Under the pieces are notes generated by a model. That model made no database searches. It had not been told where the DNA came from and was given only the letters and a program-made list of their open reading frames with translations. A stretch of 63,990 bases of DNA, the filler included, from Basidiobolus ranarum (Eukaryota): the NCBI GenBank assembly GCA_040143965.1. It is 4 parts of 4 records of this genome, joined end to end, with 100 filler letters (N's around TTAATTAATTAA, not from the genome) between each part and the next. Parts side by side here need not be neighbours in the genome. Positions count along the whole stretch, not along the records: positions 32,841 to 49,136 come from JASJQH010007222.1; positions 49,237 to 63,990 come from JASJQH010007288.1; 2 more parts are not named here. One strand, written 5' to 3'. The stretch's first letter is position 1. Each line of letters starts with the position of its first letter. Shown here one piece after another: positions 38,167-52,128 of the stretch. The position numbers were made by a program, and so were the translations under genes.

Positions 38167-39177
38167 TGTTAGTAGTATATCAAAGATGAACGGGTTTTGT
38201 GTGGTTGTGTATGTAAATGTATTTACTAATCAGTACGCACCTTGAATTTGCTTTTATAATAGATGAGAGGGTGTTTAGAAAGTCCACGATGATGTCAACG
38301 CCGATGACAAAATAGATTACAGGCCTCAATAATATAAAATTAATTGACATCATAGCAATGAGTCAGTCAGTTGAATTTGCTCAATTATGTGCGAAGTACG
38401 ATTATTGTTATTCTTTGGTTCATGGTATTGGAGGTAAAGAAGATCGAAATGATCGCCAAATAGTTTTGAATTAAAATCGGTTAGAAACCAAGTGTATTGA
38501 GTAATGCTAGTCACATTATCTCATACATTTCGCTCTTTTAGGGCCCATTGGTTATGCCTTCACTTGTATCATAGTGAATGGTAATCTAACAACCATTGTT
38601 GATCCAGAGCTTTACCCTAACCCAAGCCTACGACACCTACAGCATCACCTTTAGCATTGTTGTGGCTAGAATCATACGTCATTACTCTTTACGTCGTTTA
38701 TTAAAACGAATCAATTTATACCATTAGGCAGCGTCTACCGAATCGTAAGGTTCCCATCGGCATACTATTATAATATATGCTGTTCAAATTGTGCTAGTAT
38801 TTTTATATTTATGCTAGTATATGAATCAATACTTCGTGTAACCTGCGAATAGAAATGAATGTTGAATAGAGAGGCCCACGTACACATGGACAATGGAAGC
38901 CTATGGGCATTATTATTGAGAGGCCCTAGATGGCATTATGCACTGAAGTTTATATTTTCACCTGATAATTTAACCTACTACGAGTAAAAGCAATCACTGA
39001 TATACTGACGTACCCGCGGGATCATACTCTTAGTTGCTGTATTAGACTATATGTATGAGGGTGGAAGTTGTGACAACTGATTTAGATATTCCCGCATTAG
39101 CGTTTTATTAACAATAGCTCTTTCATATCATTATTCTTCACCGAACCCTAACATTTCAAATCTGACCATTGTTACTC

Positions 39178-39897
39178 TTAACCCCCTAAAGGGATATCCT
39201 GAATGACTCTAAATGGATCGTGATAGCCACTTCTATTAATTAATTGCACGGAGGTGACTTCAAACTCCAAAGGCTCCAGCTCATCAAATAATTGATTCAA
39301 CTCTGCAACCTTTAGTTCCACTTGACCCTAGATTAGAGAGAGAGACACTTAGCATCAACGTTCTGTGAATCTAGATTTCTTTCACCAAGTTTCTCTTCTA
39401 TCTTACCTTAGACCTGAATTGACCAACTGAGAGGTGTGGAGTAAAACCCTCGCTACCGATATTTAACTGGTCATTAAAGTCTGGAAATGCCTCCACCATA
39501 CATCTCTCTAAGTTTTCTAGTGCGTCTTCTGGAATGGATGCAGGTTTTAACCAAGCAGTAGAACTATTTTTGGAATGTTGAAACCAGTGAAACTGGGTAA
39601 GCTTTAGACGAAATGGTTTCACCGTGGAAAGGGTTTCCAACAATTTCGGTATGGCTACGTTGGAGAATTCCTCATATGGAAGATAAGGATAAAGTCTAAC
39701 GACTTGGTCAGTATGCCAAAACAAAAAGTTAAACTATGAGAGAATTTGAGTGGTTACAGATTTATATGTGGTGGCCATCTTTTGACATGTTTATCGTGTA
39801 TTTCGCGAATATCCTGAATTGGTTTCCAGAGCGTGCTCGGTGGTATGATACAAACGGCAGACTTGAAAGTTCGAGCAGAACTTTGAACGGCGCTCAT
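39178..39897 (-). CDS. 2H phosphoesterase / 2'-5' RNA ligase-like protein (LENG9-type), three exons
   Basis: Spliced: KSAVCIIPPSTLWKPIQDIREIHDKHVKRWPPHINL/LYPY...FTPHLSVGQF...FEVTSVQLINRSGYHDPFRVIQDIPLGG; two His motifs. Confidence 0.85.
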
Positions 39898-40394
39898 ATT
39901 GTGATTGTGGATTGGAGTGAATGAAGACAACTGTTATTAGAACCAAAGCTCTTGATCGTCAGCATGACATATCTCGATCGCGGGATTGGTAATCATATAT
40001 TGTGAAAAATTCCCTAATCTATTAATCCCTCTGATCTTTGGTGTGTTGGATTGCTCACTGTACTCCATAAAATGACACGATTGGTAATATATTTCGTGAA
40101 TTTCATACTTCGTGTCACTGGTTTACTTCCTGTTAAACTCCCGATTGAATTAATCAATGCATACTGGTGTGAAAGATGATCTCGTGGGTTTATTAGTTTT
40201 TATAGCCTACGATGAGGAGTTACGATGGATTTCAATAATGTTGGAGAAAATCTATATGCATATATTCATTCTTTAAGGCCATTTCAGCTCAAAATAAAAG
40301 AAAGGACGAACGCAGAAAAGGGATAGATATTACATTGAGTCTGGCCATGATCACAAAAGCGTTAAGATAAGGTTGAACATGGATAGAGTGTAGA

Positions 40395-42266
40395 TTATTC
40401 ACGACCGATATCTCTTCCGAAAATCTTTTGTTTGCACCAGTCGGCAAACACTAGAGTTTTCTGACGAACAGAGAAGAGTTTAGATAGGTAAGCGCTTCTC
40501 CAAACCATGAACGTAGCCAAACCACCTGATGAGATGTTACCGTGCATGATAGGGAAATCAGCGATAGCTTTATCAGCACCAATGTAAGCCAATGAACCAG
40601 TGTGTGTATAGGTAAATGTCTTCAGCTCCTCCTTAACCTCTTCGATGCTCTTTTGGGTAGCATCTTGCTTTTCAGCAATTTCATTCAACAGCTTTCCAAG
40701 ATAGGTACCTTGTTGATTAGCAACTTGAGCAAGGGGAGGATACTTCGTGAAAGTACAATCACCCAAAGCGAAGATATCTTTAGCTCCAAGCAGCATCAAA
40801 TGCTCATCAACCAAGAGACCTCTTCTACCATTCTGTGCCTCAGGCAGTTTTTCCATCAACCCTTTGACGATAGGACGAGCGGTATTACCAGTGGCCCAAA
40901 CTAAAAGTCCATAAGGTATATCTTCACGAGTTTTATCAGGTCTTTCTACGACAATATTCTTCTCATTGACTTCTTTAACGGCGGTTTTGGTAAGAACCTT
41001 GATTTGGTTATCAGAGAAAGTGGCCTCTGTATATTCAATTAACTGCTTTGAAAAAGAAGGTAAAACGTTAGGCATAGCCTCAATTAAAGTAATTTTGATT
41101 CTTCCGGCAATATCGGGGTACCACACAGCGAGGTCATCAGCTAAGAAATCATGTAACTCAGCAGCATATTCAACACCGGTTGGGCCTCCTCCAACAACAA
41201 CCATATGTAACAATCTGTTCTTTTCATCCTCAGGTTGGTTACCAAAAGCGGCAGTCTCGATACCTTTAGAAATACAAATAAACATTAAAATGGGTGCCTA
41301 TTGAAAGTACGTCAACAAAGAATACCAACAGTCCATCAATCTGGTTCTAATCTTCTTAGCATCCCAAATCTCTTTCAAGAAACAACCGTATTCACGAACT
41401 CCTGGTACACCGAAAGTTTGATTTTCAGCGCCGACGCCAACAACCAGGTAATCGTACTTCAATATAGTATTACTAACGGCGCCCTTGATCTCAGAGTTAT
41501 CTGTATATAGCAGAATATAATATTAGTATTCAAACTAACCATTGAATAATATATACCATAGAATTACCGCTAACGGTGATGGTCTTGTTCACTGGATCGA
41601 TGTCAGTACAATCCCCTTCGAACAGTTGAACTTCTCTTTTCTTGTGACGAGTGATATATCTAATGGGCTCCATAATAGACCGATTCTCAATAGTACCAAC
41701 AGTGCAACTAGGTAACAATGGTGTAAAGAGGAAATAATTTCTGGGAGAAACAACGACCTACAGCAAATTGTATTTAAAAAGAATTCATAGAAAAGGTATA
41801 AAAGTGAATATATACTGACCACATTATATTTATCGGTGTCAAGCTCTCTTAGGATAGAAGTGGAGCCCCAACCAGTACCTAAGATAACCAAAGTTTTTTT
41901 GGAAGGATCGAACTCGGCTTGGGCGGGTGGGTGGCGTTGTGTGTAGGCAGCTTTGTTAATTAAAACATGTTAATAGTCAACTCAAACCAGGCAATGACTG
42001 GATAACCAATATGTATGCTTACTGTAGCCGACAAGGCCGACAACACCAGTTGTTAAGCCAAGAAGTCCACGGGAAGCGTATCTCCATTTCGATTTTTTCA
42101 CTGGTTGAGCAGCGGCCGAGACAGAAGCGTAGGCTCTTGAGGTAGAGAACAGGAGAGAAGTGCGAGCAGTGGAAGAGGCGGCTAAATATACATAGGGTTA
42201 GAAATATTTGAAGTCTCTTTCTTTATGCTTCTTTATCCAACCTCTGAATATGCGAGTACTCTGCAT
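40395..42266 (-). CDS. Mitochondrial type II NADH:ubiquinone oxidoreductase (Nde1/Ndi1 family), multi-exon
   Basis: Presequence, [55 protein letters not shown] and AQVANQQG. Confidence 0.93.
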
Positions 42267-43817
42267 TTTATGCGTTGATATTTAATTGAGAAGCGATTAG
42301 CGCTGAGTAAGAAGCAATGATAAAAATCCAGCAAATAAAATTCCATCGAAGACCGCATTATATATAGGCACTCGCTTTAAATGGAAGGCGCTCAGGGTGC
42401 AAAAAATAATATGAAATTGAGATAAGTTTGTATCCCAATGATGTGTTACAAAAGGAAAAAATGGTTACATTAGATTAATCCATGACCTGAGAGTTCCGGA
42501 AAGTCCACATGAGGCCTGTGGAGAGTTGGTAAAATGTAAGCTTTGGCATTCATCTCCACTAGGCTTTAGAAATTTCACCACACGGAAGCATAGCATCTAG
42601 ATTACCTTTATCCAGTAATACTTGCTCGCCAGAACCTAGCATCTTCCCACAGGGCATCTTGCGTACCCGGCGAGATTACTAGCTTCAAACTCACTACTAT
42701 ATATCAGAAATATTTGACAATTAGAACAACCACTATTTATTGAGTGACTTTAATCTAAATATAGCAAAGCTTTTCTGTATTATCATGCTTTCTTAGGAAA
42801 TCCGATATCTATATTATCCGCAAATAATCAAGTATAGGTTAGCTTCGATTAGTGGTATTAATCATAGCTTGATTCGGGAAGCAAAACTCCAACCCAGATC
42901 TGACCTCATCTTATGCTACCCCAAGCTATTGTTGGTTGGGGAGTTAATACCTGATTAAGATGACCCACACAAAACTCAGATTAGAAAAAGTCTCGTCAGT
43001 TTTGTTGGCGGAGTATTGGTATGAATCCTTGCGGTATCAGGTGAAGCGAACTGGTTTACACCGCTTTGGAAAACATCAAGATTGGAGGAGCATGGATAAA
43101 CCACACAGTCTGACTCTATTTGAATCATCCCATCATATATTTGAATTTCACGTGTCCAATTCCATAGCACTTATTACTCATCACGCTACCCGCTAAACCT
43201 GTGATATATTCCGACAGAGAGCTGCATCCTATCACTTGCAATGTTACCAGGTTTGCATTTCCTGCTGAATGTCGCATCGTTACTTATCGCGTAAGTTACA
43301 TGGGTCAATGTTCCGATCTTCTAGTAGATCGACATTTCTAATCTTCCAATCTCCAAAATAATCCATTGAATCATTCACTCCACCAATAACCATTTATTTA
43401 CTAGCTGACACACAATTCTACATCTATTTTGGGCCAACATATCCAAAAAATAGGTTTCCCATTACATCAGTCGATCCTGAATATTCAAACTCATCTATAT
43501 GAGCCTTCTCTTGCTTTCATACTGGCTAGTGCAGAGGTAGCCAATTGCTTTACATGATACCCTGTTCAGCGCGTGAGATGACATAGGTTAGCTGTAAGTT
43601 GTTCCAATATTTATTATCATCGTTAGATGCTGGAGCTTGTGAATCATTTCGAAGATGAGGCCATCTAGCATGGAAGTGAATACAATTGATGGCGAGGGAG
43701 TATTATAGTTATCAGACTCACTAATGTCTAGAAACTGTGATATATGGTGCTATCTATATTCTGAAGAGGGGGAGGTGCATAGGCCTTTAAGTGTGCGTGA
43801 GCAAATTATGTAGTGGA

Positions 43818-46800
43818 TTATATGTTTTCTGGTTCTTCATTCATCTCGATTCCGCTTATCTTGCAGCTTATACGGATTATGATTTTTTGACAGAAAATCC
43901 ACCAGGAATACAACGTCTCGTACGTGTTTTCGGAGATCGGAATTTTAGCAGCAAAATTATGAACCTAGTAGGATTATGATTAAATGAGTGTTTTGAAGAA
44001 AAAACATACTCTCTGGATGAACATTACCTTTGATATGAATCCTCCAGTAAACTCCTCTATTTCGTCTAGCTTATCTTCCAACACTGTGGCCTTGTATTTC
44101 AACTTTGCATTTTCCACTTCCACTTGATCAATGGATTTCGACACTTTTTCTTGGCGTGCTAGGAGTTCTTTGAGTTCATCTTCGGCGGACTAGAAACATG
44201 TAAACATTAATATGTAGGAAGTTAGTCTTTCGAAGATATTTTTTCCATACTTCTATTCGACCATGTCGTTCTGCGTGTAATCTATTTAATCGCTCAAGTT
44301 TTTCTTCGTAAGTTTGATGTATCATCTAAGGTGGATGCCAAGCGTTAGAAAGGATGTTTATCCGCAACAAATGCATATGGTAATGATTATCACCTCCAAC
44401 TTTTGGCTCAGATCCTTCAATGTCGCCTCTTTTTCAACCAGTTCATTATACATCACAAACGTTTGAAGATCTGAGTAGATTGCTTGCCTAATTGACATGA
44501 AATATAATACATAAGAGACGGTGAAATATTGAAAATGTAGTAAAGAAGTCACAACCTGCTCAAACCTGAAGAGGCCGAAGGAAGATGTATCACCGAGTTT
44601 GTTCGTACAATTCTTCGTCGAGAGACATTTTTTCTCATATCAAGTATGCGATCGAATGCAGTCATCGAGCTAGACCTACTTCTCCAAAATGGTTTCTTTG
44701 CTTCTTCACTTGGATTATTGCTATCATTGCTTTGAACTTTTGAATATTCAAGTGTCTCTTTATCTATAAATCTATCGTTGGAATACACCGCAAAATATAT
44801 ACGTTGTAATGATCATTACCTTTTTCGGCGTTGGAAGTTGATTCAGCAATTGTTGATCCAGACTGATCTAAGGACTTCTCGTATGAGGTCCCACTGATAC
44901 AAGGAAATTGGTTACAGAGTGATTAGCATTTTCGCTTCATTAAAGAGCAGCATATATGTCTTACATTTCGGAGCTTGTGGGTTGCTGAGTTTCTTTAGTA
45001 TCGTAAGGTAAGGCGGCAGACGTTTTGCGAGAGGGAGATAAGTGTTTAGCTACTTCTAATTCTTTCCCTTTCTCCGATAGCTCTATAGAAAAGGTGTAAA
45101 GTTAAATAAAGGAGATAGTAGACAAGGCATTTTGGTCCCATACCTATATTTAATTCCTTGAGTGGTTTTCTGAGCGCATGGCCATCTTTCGAAGATTCGC
45201 CCGATTTCACCTTGAACACGGTTACATTTAGAAAGACGAATTTATCAATAACACTCAAACAAGAAGACGTACAGTGACTCGACTCGTAACTCCTTTGAAG
45301 AAGCTTTTACCACCAGTGATCCAATCGCTGGAAAATAGTAAATCATTGCCATTTTCGGAGGCTGCTGGTTTACCTTTGCCTCGCCAGAGGTACTTGAAGC
45401 GATCAAAATTTGCATTTTTGACTAGATGCTCAAGATCAGTAGTTGCAACATCGATATCGTTTTGAACGTAGCCTAGCAGAGAACTTTCAATTATTGTTTT
45501 GACCATCAACTGACTGTGAAGATGTACACTTACCTGAAAGATCTCCTAATTTTGTTTTAATTGCCTTGTATTTATCAACTCATGATTAGTATCTAGCTAA
45601 CTGGATACGAGTAATACCGAAGGAAAACTACCTTCGGAAAGTTGAGACTTTGTTGTGTACTGATGTCATAAATGTCGTCGATTACTTTGAGGGTGTGATT
45701 ATCAAGGTATTTAAGTTGGTTGAGTTTCTTCTTCTCCTATTATCGCAAAGTTAAGGAAAGTTTTAATGTGTTCAACTTGTCATGTAGACTTACCTGAAAA
45801 GTACTCAATCCAGAAATAAATTGGTCAGCATCGAAAAATGGATCTTTTCCAACCTAAAACGAAGAGATTTGGTTTAATTAAGTAAATTCGCTAGAAATTC
45901 AAGAAAGTATATACTAAGGGTATCGAGGGTTGCGCGTATTACCTGATAACCAAGTGAATTCAATTTATTTCGTGCAGTCATGATTTTACTCAGTAGAGTG
46001 GCAAATAGTTGTGGACCAAGTTTGACATCGCCCAACTAAACAATAAAGGACTGATTTAGATTTGGAAGTATTAAAAGAGAACTTGGATGATTGTTACTTA
46101 CTTCAAAGTCGAAAGGACCAAAGTCCAAATAATATTGTTGAAGTGCATTCAGAGTTGAGTCGCATAGTAATCCATCCACATCAGAATGATGATAGAGACC
46201 CAGCAAGGCCAACCCTTTTTGTGCTAATATGACAATTTCCAAAACGGTGCTTCGGAACGGATGAAAGTCTGAAGTTTTATAAACTTGGTGGAATTTTTCT
46301 TGTTGTACTTGACTAAGTGTTATGAGTTACATTAAATTAGTTCACGAAGGAGTTATGTTGCTAGTCAAGTTAAAGTAAAACTTTGAGAAAACCAACCTAG
46401 GTGGCTTCAGTGTTAGTGCACTTCTTCCGCTACATCCAAGACGCTTGAGATTTATATTAACGCAGAAGTCTATAATATGCTCGTCGTATTTTCCATCCAG
46501 GACTGATACTAAATTCAATGAAGTGGGGACTTGGTCAAGGTTCGTGGCCATTATCGAGCCTAGCTTAGTCTATTATGTAAACAAGTTAAGTTGTCTTCAA
46601 TAGAGAGTTTATTGAGAAATCGAAAAAATACGTTGATTTCTCGAGCTCCATTCTGTCCTAATTCATCGTACAAGCGTGAAAGTGCTTTTCTTTGCTCATC
46701 AGTCAAGTCAAGCGGAACTGTAAGTACACATGCAGTAATCTGAAAAAATAAATAGTGCGTTGTGTTTATGGGTTAGTGATCTTGTTGATTTCAACTGGGA

Positions 46801-47223
46801 ATTGTGGCGCAAGAGGAAGTGGTGGGTTACTTAACCCAAAGGAGATGATAAACTACCAAATCGAAATTACATTACCGTATGTGTAGGTGCGCCGGTGAAT
46901 ATAGCTATTGAGTTATGTATGTGTTTTCGGTTTGTGATCCTAATTTTTCGTTAAAAGATGAAAAGAATTAGTCACAACACTTAACGAATTGGCTATTGGG
47001 AGATGTTCTATTTGAATTTCATCAGAATGTGCCTCAGAATTAAGCTATGTCTGGTAAACTCAAAGTGTCTACACTGAATTTGTAATATAAATACCTACCA
47101 TTGTTCGACAATGTATATCTGGAAACCTTCGAGTTCTATTAGATCCCGGGTAATCTCAAACTTGTATCTTGTGCTAAACTCAGCTATTGTAGAGCGTTCC
47201 CAAAAAATAAAATTATGTGACAT
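43818..47223 (-). CDS. STB6-like (Sin3-binding) protein, many exons
   Basis: LEGFQIYIVEQW, TNL...LNLVSVLDGKY...VNINLKRLGCSGRSALTLKPP...KFHQVY, DGLLCD, FKYLWRGKG and a C-terminal coiled coil. Confidence 0.8.
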
Positions 47224-47647
47224 GATGTTTGTAAATATGTTGGGAAGGTTTAAAAATACTAATAAAATTAAATATGTGAATTCAGAAAGGATTTTGAAGA
47301 GTTATTCATTCGTAAGAAAACTGCCAAGATGTAAGTGACGAGTTCAACGTAGCTAGTTTTTCGGTGTTGGGTAAAGGACTACACTTTCTGAAATTGGCAA
47401 CCGTTAGTTGTATTGGCTATAATTGAGGGGTGTAGAAGGCCTGATCAATTTGAAGATAATTGATTGGTATATGCTATATTAAAAATTTGATCGGCTACCA
47501 CGACACTTTACGTAAAAATAAACAATATGGATAGATGAATACCTAAAAATATGGGCTCTGCCTGAATTCGCAGCTCGAAAAATAAACACATCCATGGTAT
47601 AAAAGAGGCATGGACGAGTGCATATTCTAGACAACGGCGAACAAGCA

Positions 47648-49136
47648 ATGAAGTTTAACCAATATCTGATCTCCTCCCTTTCCGCAATCGCCGCACTTAG
47701 CTCGATAGTGTATGCACAATCCAACAACTCCGACAAAATCATTGTCGGATATTATGTACCATGGGGAAAGGTAGACCCGGCTGCATTAAGTTACGACAAA
47801 ATTACCCATATCAACTACGGTAAATACGCTTCTCTGTGTCAGTATTCCTCCTTCTTTACTGATTTATTTTATAAATGTAGGGTTCGGAGTTCTCACAAAG
47901 AAGGACGATCCAACTAACATTTCTGTGGACCGGTACTATGATGGTACTAAAATCCGCCAGATTCAATCACTGGCAAATCCTAAGGGGGTGAAAGTATTGA
48001 TTTCACTAGGTGGTTGGACTGGGGGACAGACCTTTTCTGTTGTGGCGAAAGATCCACAACTCCGCCAGAAATTCATCAACAACGCTCTTGTATTTGTTCG
48101 AAAGAACACCAAGCCCGAGTATGACGACAATCCAGACGGGTGGGACCTTGACGGGATAGATATTGATTGGGAATACCCAGCTCGTGAAGCTGGGAAATGT
48201 AACGTGGTCGACAAGAATGATACAGCCAACTATCTTTTGTTGTTGAAAGAATTGAGAGAGGCCCTGGATAAAGAGTTTCCCAATGATCATAAATTGTTAA
48301 CGGCAGCTGTTAGAGTTAAGCCCTTCGATGGACCGGATGGGAATCCTCTCACCGATGTATCTGAGTTTGCTCAATATTTCGATTATGTCAATATCATGGC
48401 ATATGATATCAATGGGGCTTGGTCTAAAACCACCGGTCCCAACGCTCCTTTCAACTATTCTCCCGGAAACGGTGATCCATTTTCAGTAACTCAAGCATTT
48501 AACGATTGGACTGCCGCTAAATTCCCTGCAGATAAACTAGTCATGGGTCTACCATTTTATGGTCGTTCGCTTACAGCCGATACCAATATGAATGTTAAAC
48601 CGATAAATATGTATGCTTCCAAGGCGAGTGACACACCTAAAGGTGACAACACCGATTCTAATGAACCAAACTTGTTCTGTAACGAGGGTAGCGTTTACTC
48701 AGGGGTATGGAAGTGGAAGTATCTGAGAGAGGAGATTTTAAAACAAGATCCTTTCACACCTGTCGAAGGCTGGTCTAGATACTATGACAACACGACTCAA
48801 ACTCCATGGCTGTTCCGCGCTTCTGATCAACGCTTCATCTCCTATGATGATCCTGAATCATTGAAAATTAAGGTTGACTACAGCAGAGATAAGGGATTGA
48901 AGGGTGTAATGTACTGGGATGTTACTCAGGATACTAATGATGAGCTATTAAACGTCCTCCAACTCATTCATGGTGATGCAAAGCCCGAGAATATCCCTTC
49001 AGTGTCTGCTGGTTCCTCAAGTCTTGGTGAACCGAGTGCAACTTTAGTAAGTTCACAACAAGAACAAACGGAGTCCTCCGAGATCATATCTCCAGATACT
49101 TCGTCATCTGTAGTGGGCAGTAGTGGTAACTCAGAA
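47648..49136 (+). CDS. Secreted GH18 chitinase, 3' end (after a Ser-rich linker) lost in the gap
   Basis: Signal peptide, IVGYY, THINYGF, SLGGW, LDGIDIDWEYP, NIMAYD, GLPFYGR, ISYDD and GVMYW. Confidence 0.95.
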
Positions 49137-49236
49137 NNNNNNNNNNNNNNNNNNNNNNNNNNNNNNNNNNNNNNNNNNNNTTAATTAATTAANNNNNNNN
49201 NNNNNNNNNNNNNNNNNNNNNNNNNNNNNNNNNNNN
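49137..49236. other. Assembly spacer
   Basis: 44 N + TTAATTAATTAA + 44 N. Confidence 0.97.
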
Positions 49237-50314
49237 GATCGTTGGTCGTTTTTTCAATGGTTTCGGGTCAGGATTTGGCACTGTTGTCCTTCCTACATAC
49301 ATCGGTGAAGTATCCACCACCAGAGTTCGAGGTGCTTATGGCGCAATGACCCAACTTACATGTGTTATTGGCCAATTAGTTACCCAAGCAGCTGGTCTCG
49401 GTCTATCCAGTCGTGCCGGTTGGCGTATTTGTATGAGTCTTACAGGAGTTGTTGCAATTATTCAGTTAGTTACTCTATCATTCATCACGGAAACCCCTCG
49501 CTACTATATGTCTAAGGATCGCGTTGAAGATGCTGAGAAGTCTTTGCTCAAGCTTCGAAAGGGAATGGATATTACGAATGAACTTCAGATCATGGCTGAT
49601 GCTCGCGCGCATGCCAAAGTAGGAGGGGAAAAAACTTCAATAATGGATGGCTTTAAGTACATCATGCGTGACTCAACAACTCGTAAACATGCTTTCATGT
49701 GTATGTTCCTATGTATCATCCAACAGCTCTGTGGAATCAACGGTATTATGTACTATTCCACCTCCATTTTCACTTCAATCTATGGTAACAGAACCGCTCA
49801 ATATCTTACCGTTGGTGTGGGTGCTATTAATTTACTTGCGACCTGTGTAACTATCCTTCTGATTGATCGTGTCGGAAGAAAGTTCCTAGTACTTCTTAGT
49901 CTAGCCGGTATGGCATCTTTTAATGTGCTCATGATCATTGGTATCGAGTGTAATGACTCTGGTCTCGTTATTCTCGGCTTATTTGCCTTTGTTGTTTCCT
50001 TTGCTTTGGGGATGGGACCAATTCCTTTCTTGATTATCTCGGAGCTGATCCCTACCAGAGCAGTTTCTACTGTTGCATCCTGTTCCCTCGGTCTCAATTG
50101 GTTTGGTAATTTTGTAGTGGGTTTCTTCTTTCCATCGCTGAAAGAAACGATGCATGGGTACGTATTCTTGATCTTTGTTGGTTGCTGTATTGCCGGGTTC
50201 ATTGGTGTGCTCTTCTTCTTACCTGAAACCAAGGGTCGCAGTATTGAAGAGATTACAGGCCATCATGAGTACAATGATCCAGCAGCACTTCCACCAGTTG
50301 TGAATGAACTTTAA
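49237..50314 (+). CDS. MFS sugar porter (GLUT-like), 5'-truncated by the gap
   Basis: IVGRFFNG, PTYIGEVSTTRVRGAYG, ETPRY, QQLCGINGIMYYS, IDRVGRK, GMGPIPFLIISEL and PETKGRSIEEI. Confidence 0.93.
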
Positions 50315-52128
50315 GAGAATCCCATTACTTTGACCGATACTAGGGTCAACTCACATTGCTAAATTTAAACGCACAAGAAGAGCCGAGGAGTTTTGTAATT
50401 AGTTTGACATTCGTATCTTATCATATTGAGTAAATAAATTATACTGTGTAGCCATTGATAATGTGTATTTCATGAATGATGTAGGTAACGGTGGATGTAG
50501 TGATGTAGCGATGTAGGTTAGGTAGGGTAAAGTTGGATGATCGTTAGGGTAACTTTCTGATGAAATATGGCCAATTGACACGGCCATACCATATATCCAA
50601 TTTGGTCTAATATATATCCCATTTAGCAGCAATTTATATATCCCATTTAGCAGGAGTCATGTATCAGAACCTACTGGTAAAATCAATAGCACCAATGGAA
50701 ATTTAATGGTAAAGTTACCCCGCATTTCAGTGTTGAAGTTAGACTATTAGTCCTGGTATATAATTACATTGGATGAGCTCAACTTGATCATGTGTCTATG
50801 GTATCATATGTGAATTTTAATATCCTTTCTTAGATCATTGGTTGGCCTAACCTCTGACAGTGTTGGTGTTAGAAGAACGCGAAGTCATTGGCATATAGAT
50901 TATGTGATGCTTGTACTCTAAGAAGCAATGAGAGCTAACCCTAAGTTCTATTGATCCAAATACAATCCAAATGCAATCCACGGAATGGAATTGATCTGAC
51001 CAACCTGAAGAAGTGAGATAGAGGATGGGAAAAAATAAAGTGAGATTGAGGATGGGAAAAATCGAGATTTAGTAATTATTGAGCTTATATTAGGATTAGG
51101 GTTATGATGAGTTTAGAGCTAACCAATTTCCTTGTGTATAATAATTGATTTTGTCATATCCAGTTATTGTTAACAATAGAATTAGGGCTTGATATCTAGT
51201 TACTGTTAATGATAATAACTGAGAAAACCTCCATCGTAGTAGTCATGAATTGTGGGATCTTTGCCCATCAACAAAATACCCCTTTCTCACACCATTTGCG
51301 AATACTGACTAAGAATGGTTGAAGTTGACATATTTTAAGCAAGATTGCCAATATAAACATTTAGATATCGTGACATAATAGAGCCTTCAGCCTATTTAAA
51401 GACAGACTACTATTTATAATTAGATACCCATTCAGGTAGAGGCAGTAGGTTCACCTTTGCTACCGTTGCACAACAAAACCTGGAATTGTGTTTTCCCGAA
51501 CGAGAAGATATGGTAATCCATATCCCCGTAGATACGTAACATAGCACGACTAACCTCTTCGACAATATCATAATGGCGATCACACTTCCTCACAAACAGG
51601 AGTGCAATATAGAATCAGCACTATTGGATGACATTTGAGACAATGAGAAATCCGTTAGTAATTAGCAAAATTTCAACGTTGCTATCATTTCGAGCATTTC
51701 GACTAATTCGGTTAATTTAGTGATATTACATTCAATAGCAAGTTTAGTGATACGCAGCCTCTCCATTTTTACTGAGCAAGCCTTCATATTGAATGAGTGA
51801 TTTGATAATATATTCAGCTACCTGATGATGGCTAAAGATATCTTTTTGTATGACTGATGTCGTAGATAGTAATTCCAAACAAGGAATAAAGATCATACCT
51901 TGGAAATACCTCAAAGAGTCCATATTCTTAGCGTCAGTAGCACAAAATTCCCAAAAAATTCAAGATTTCTTCACATGCGTGAGAAGAAGCGCGCGATGGG
52001 AAAGACAATAGTTTGCTACAATTAGTGAAAAGTTTGGATTCTTGAGCAAAGTACACCTCATTGTGAGAATGGGTATAAAACCCCTCCGAGTAATCTTCTG
52101 CTATGAACAATCCACCTTCTAATCAGCG

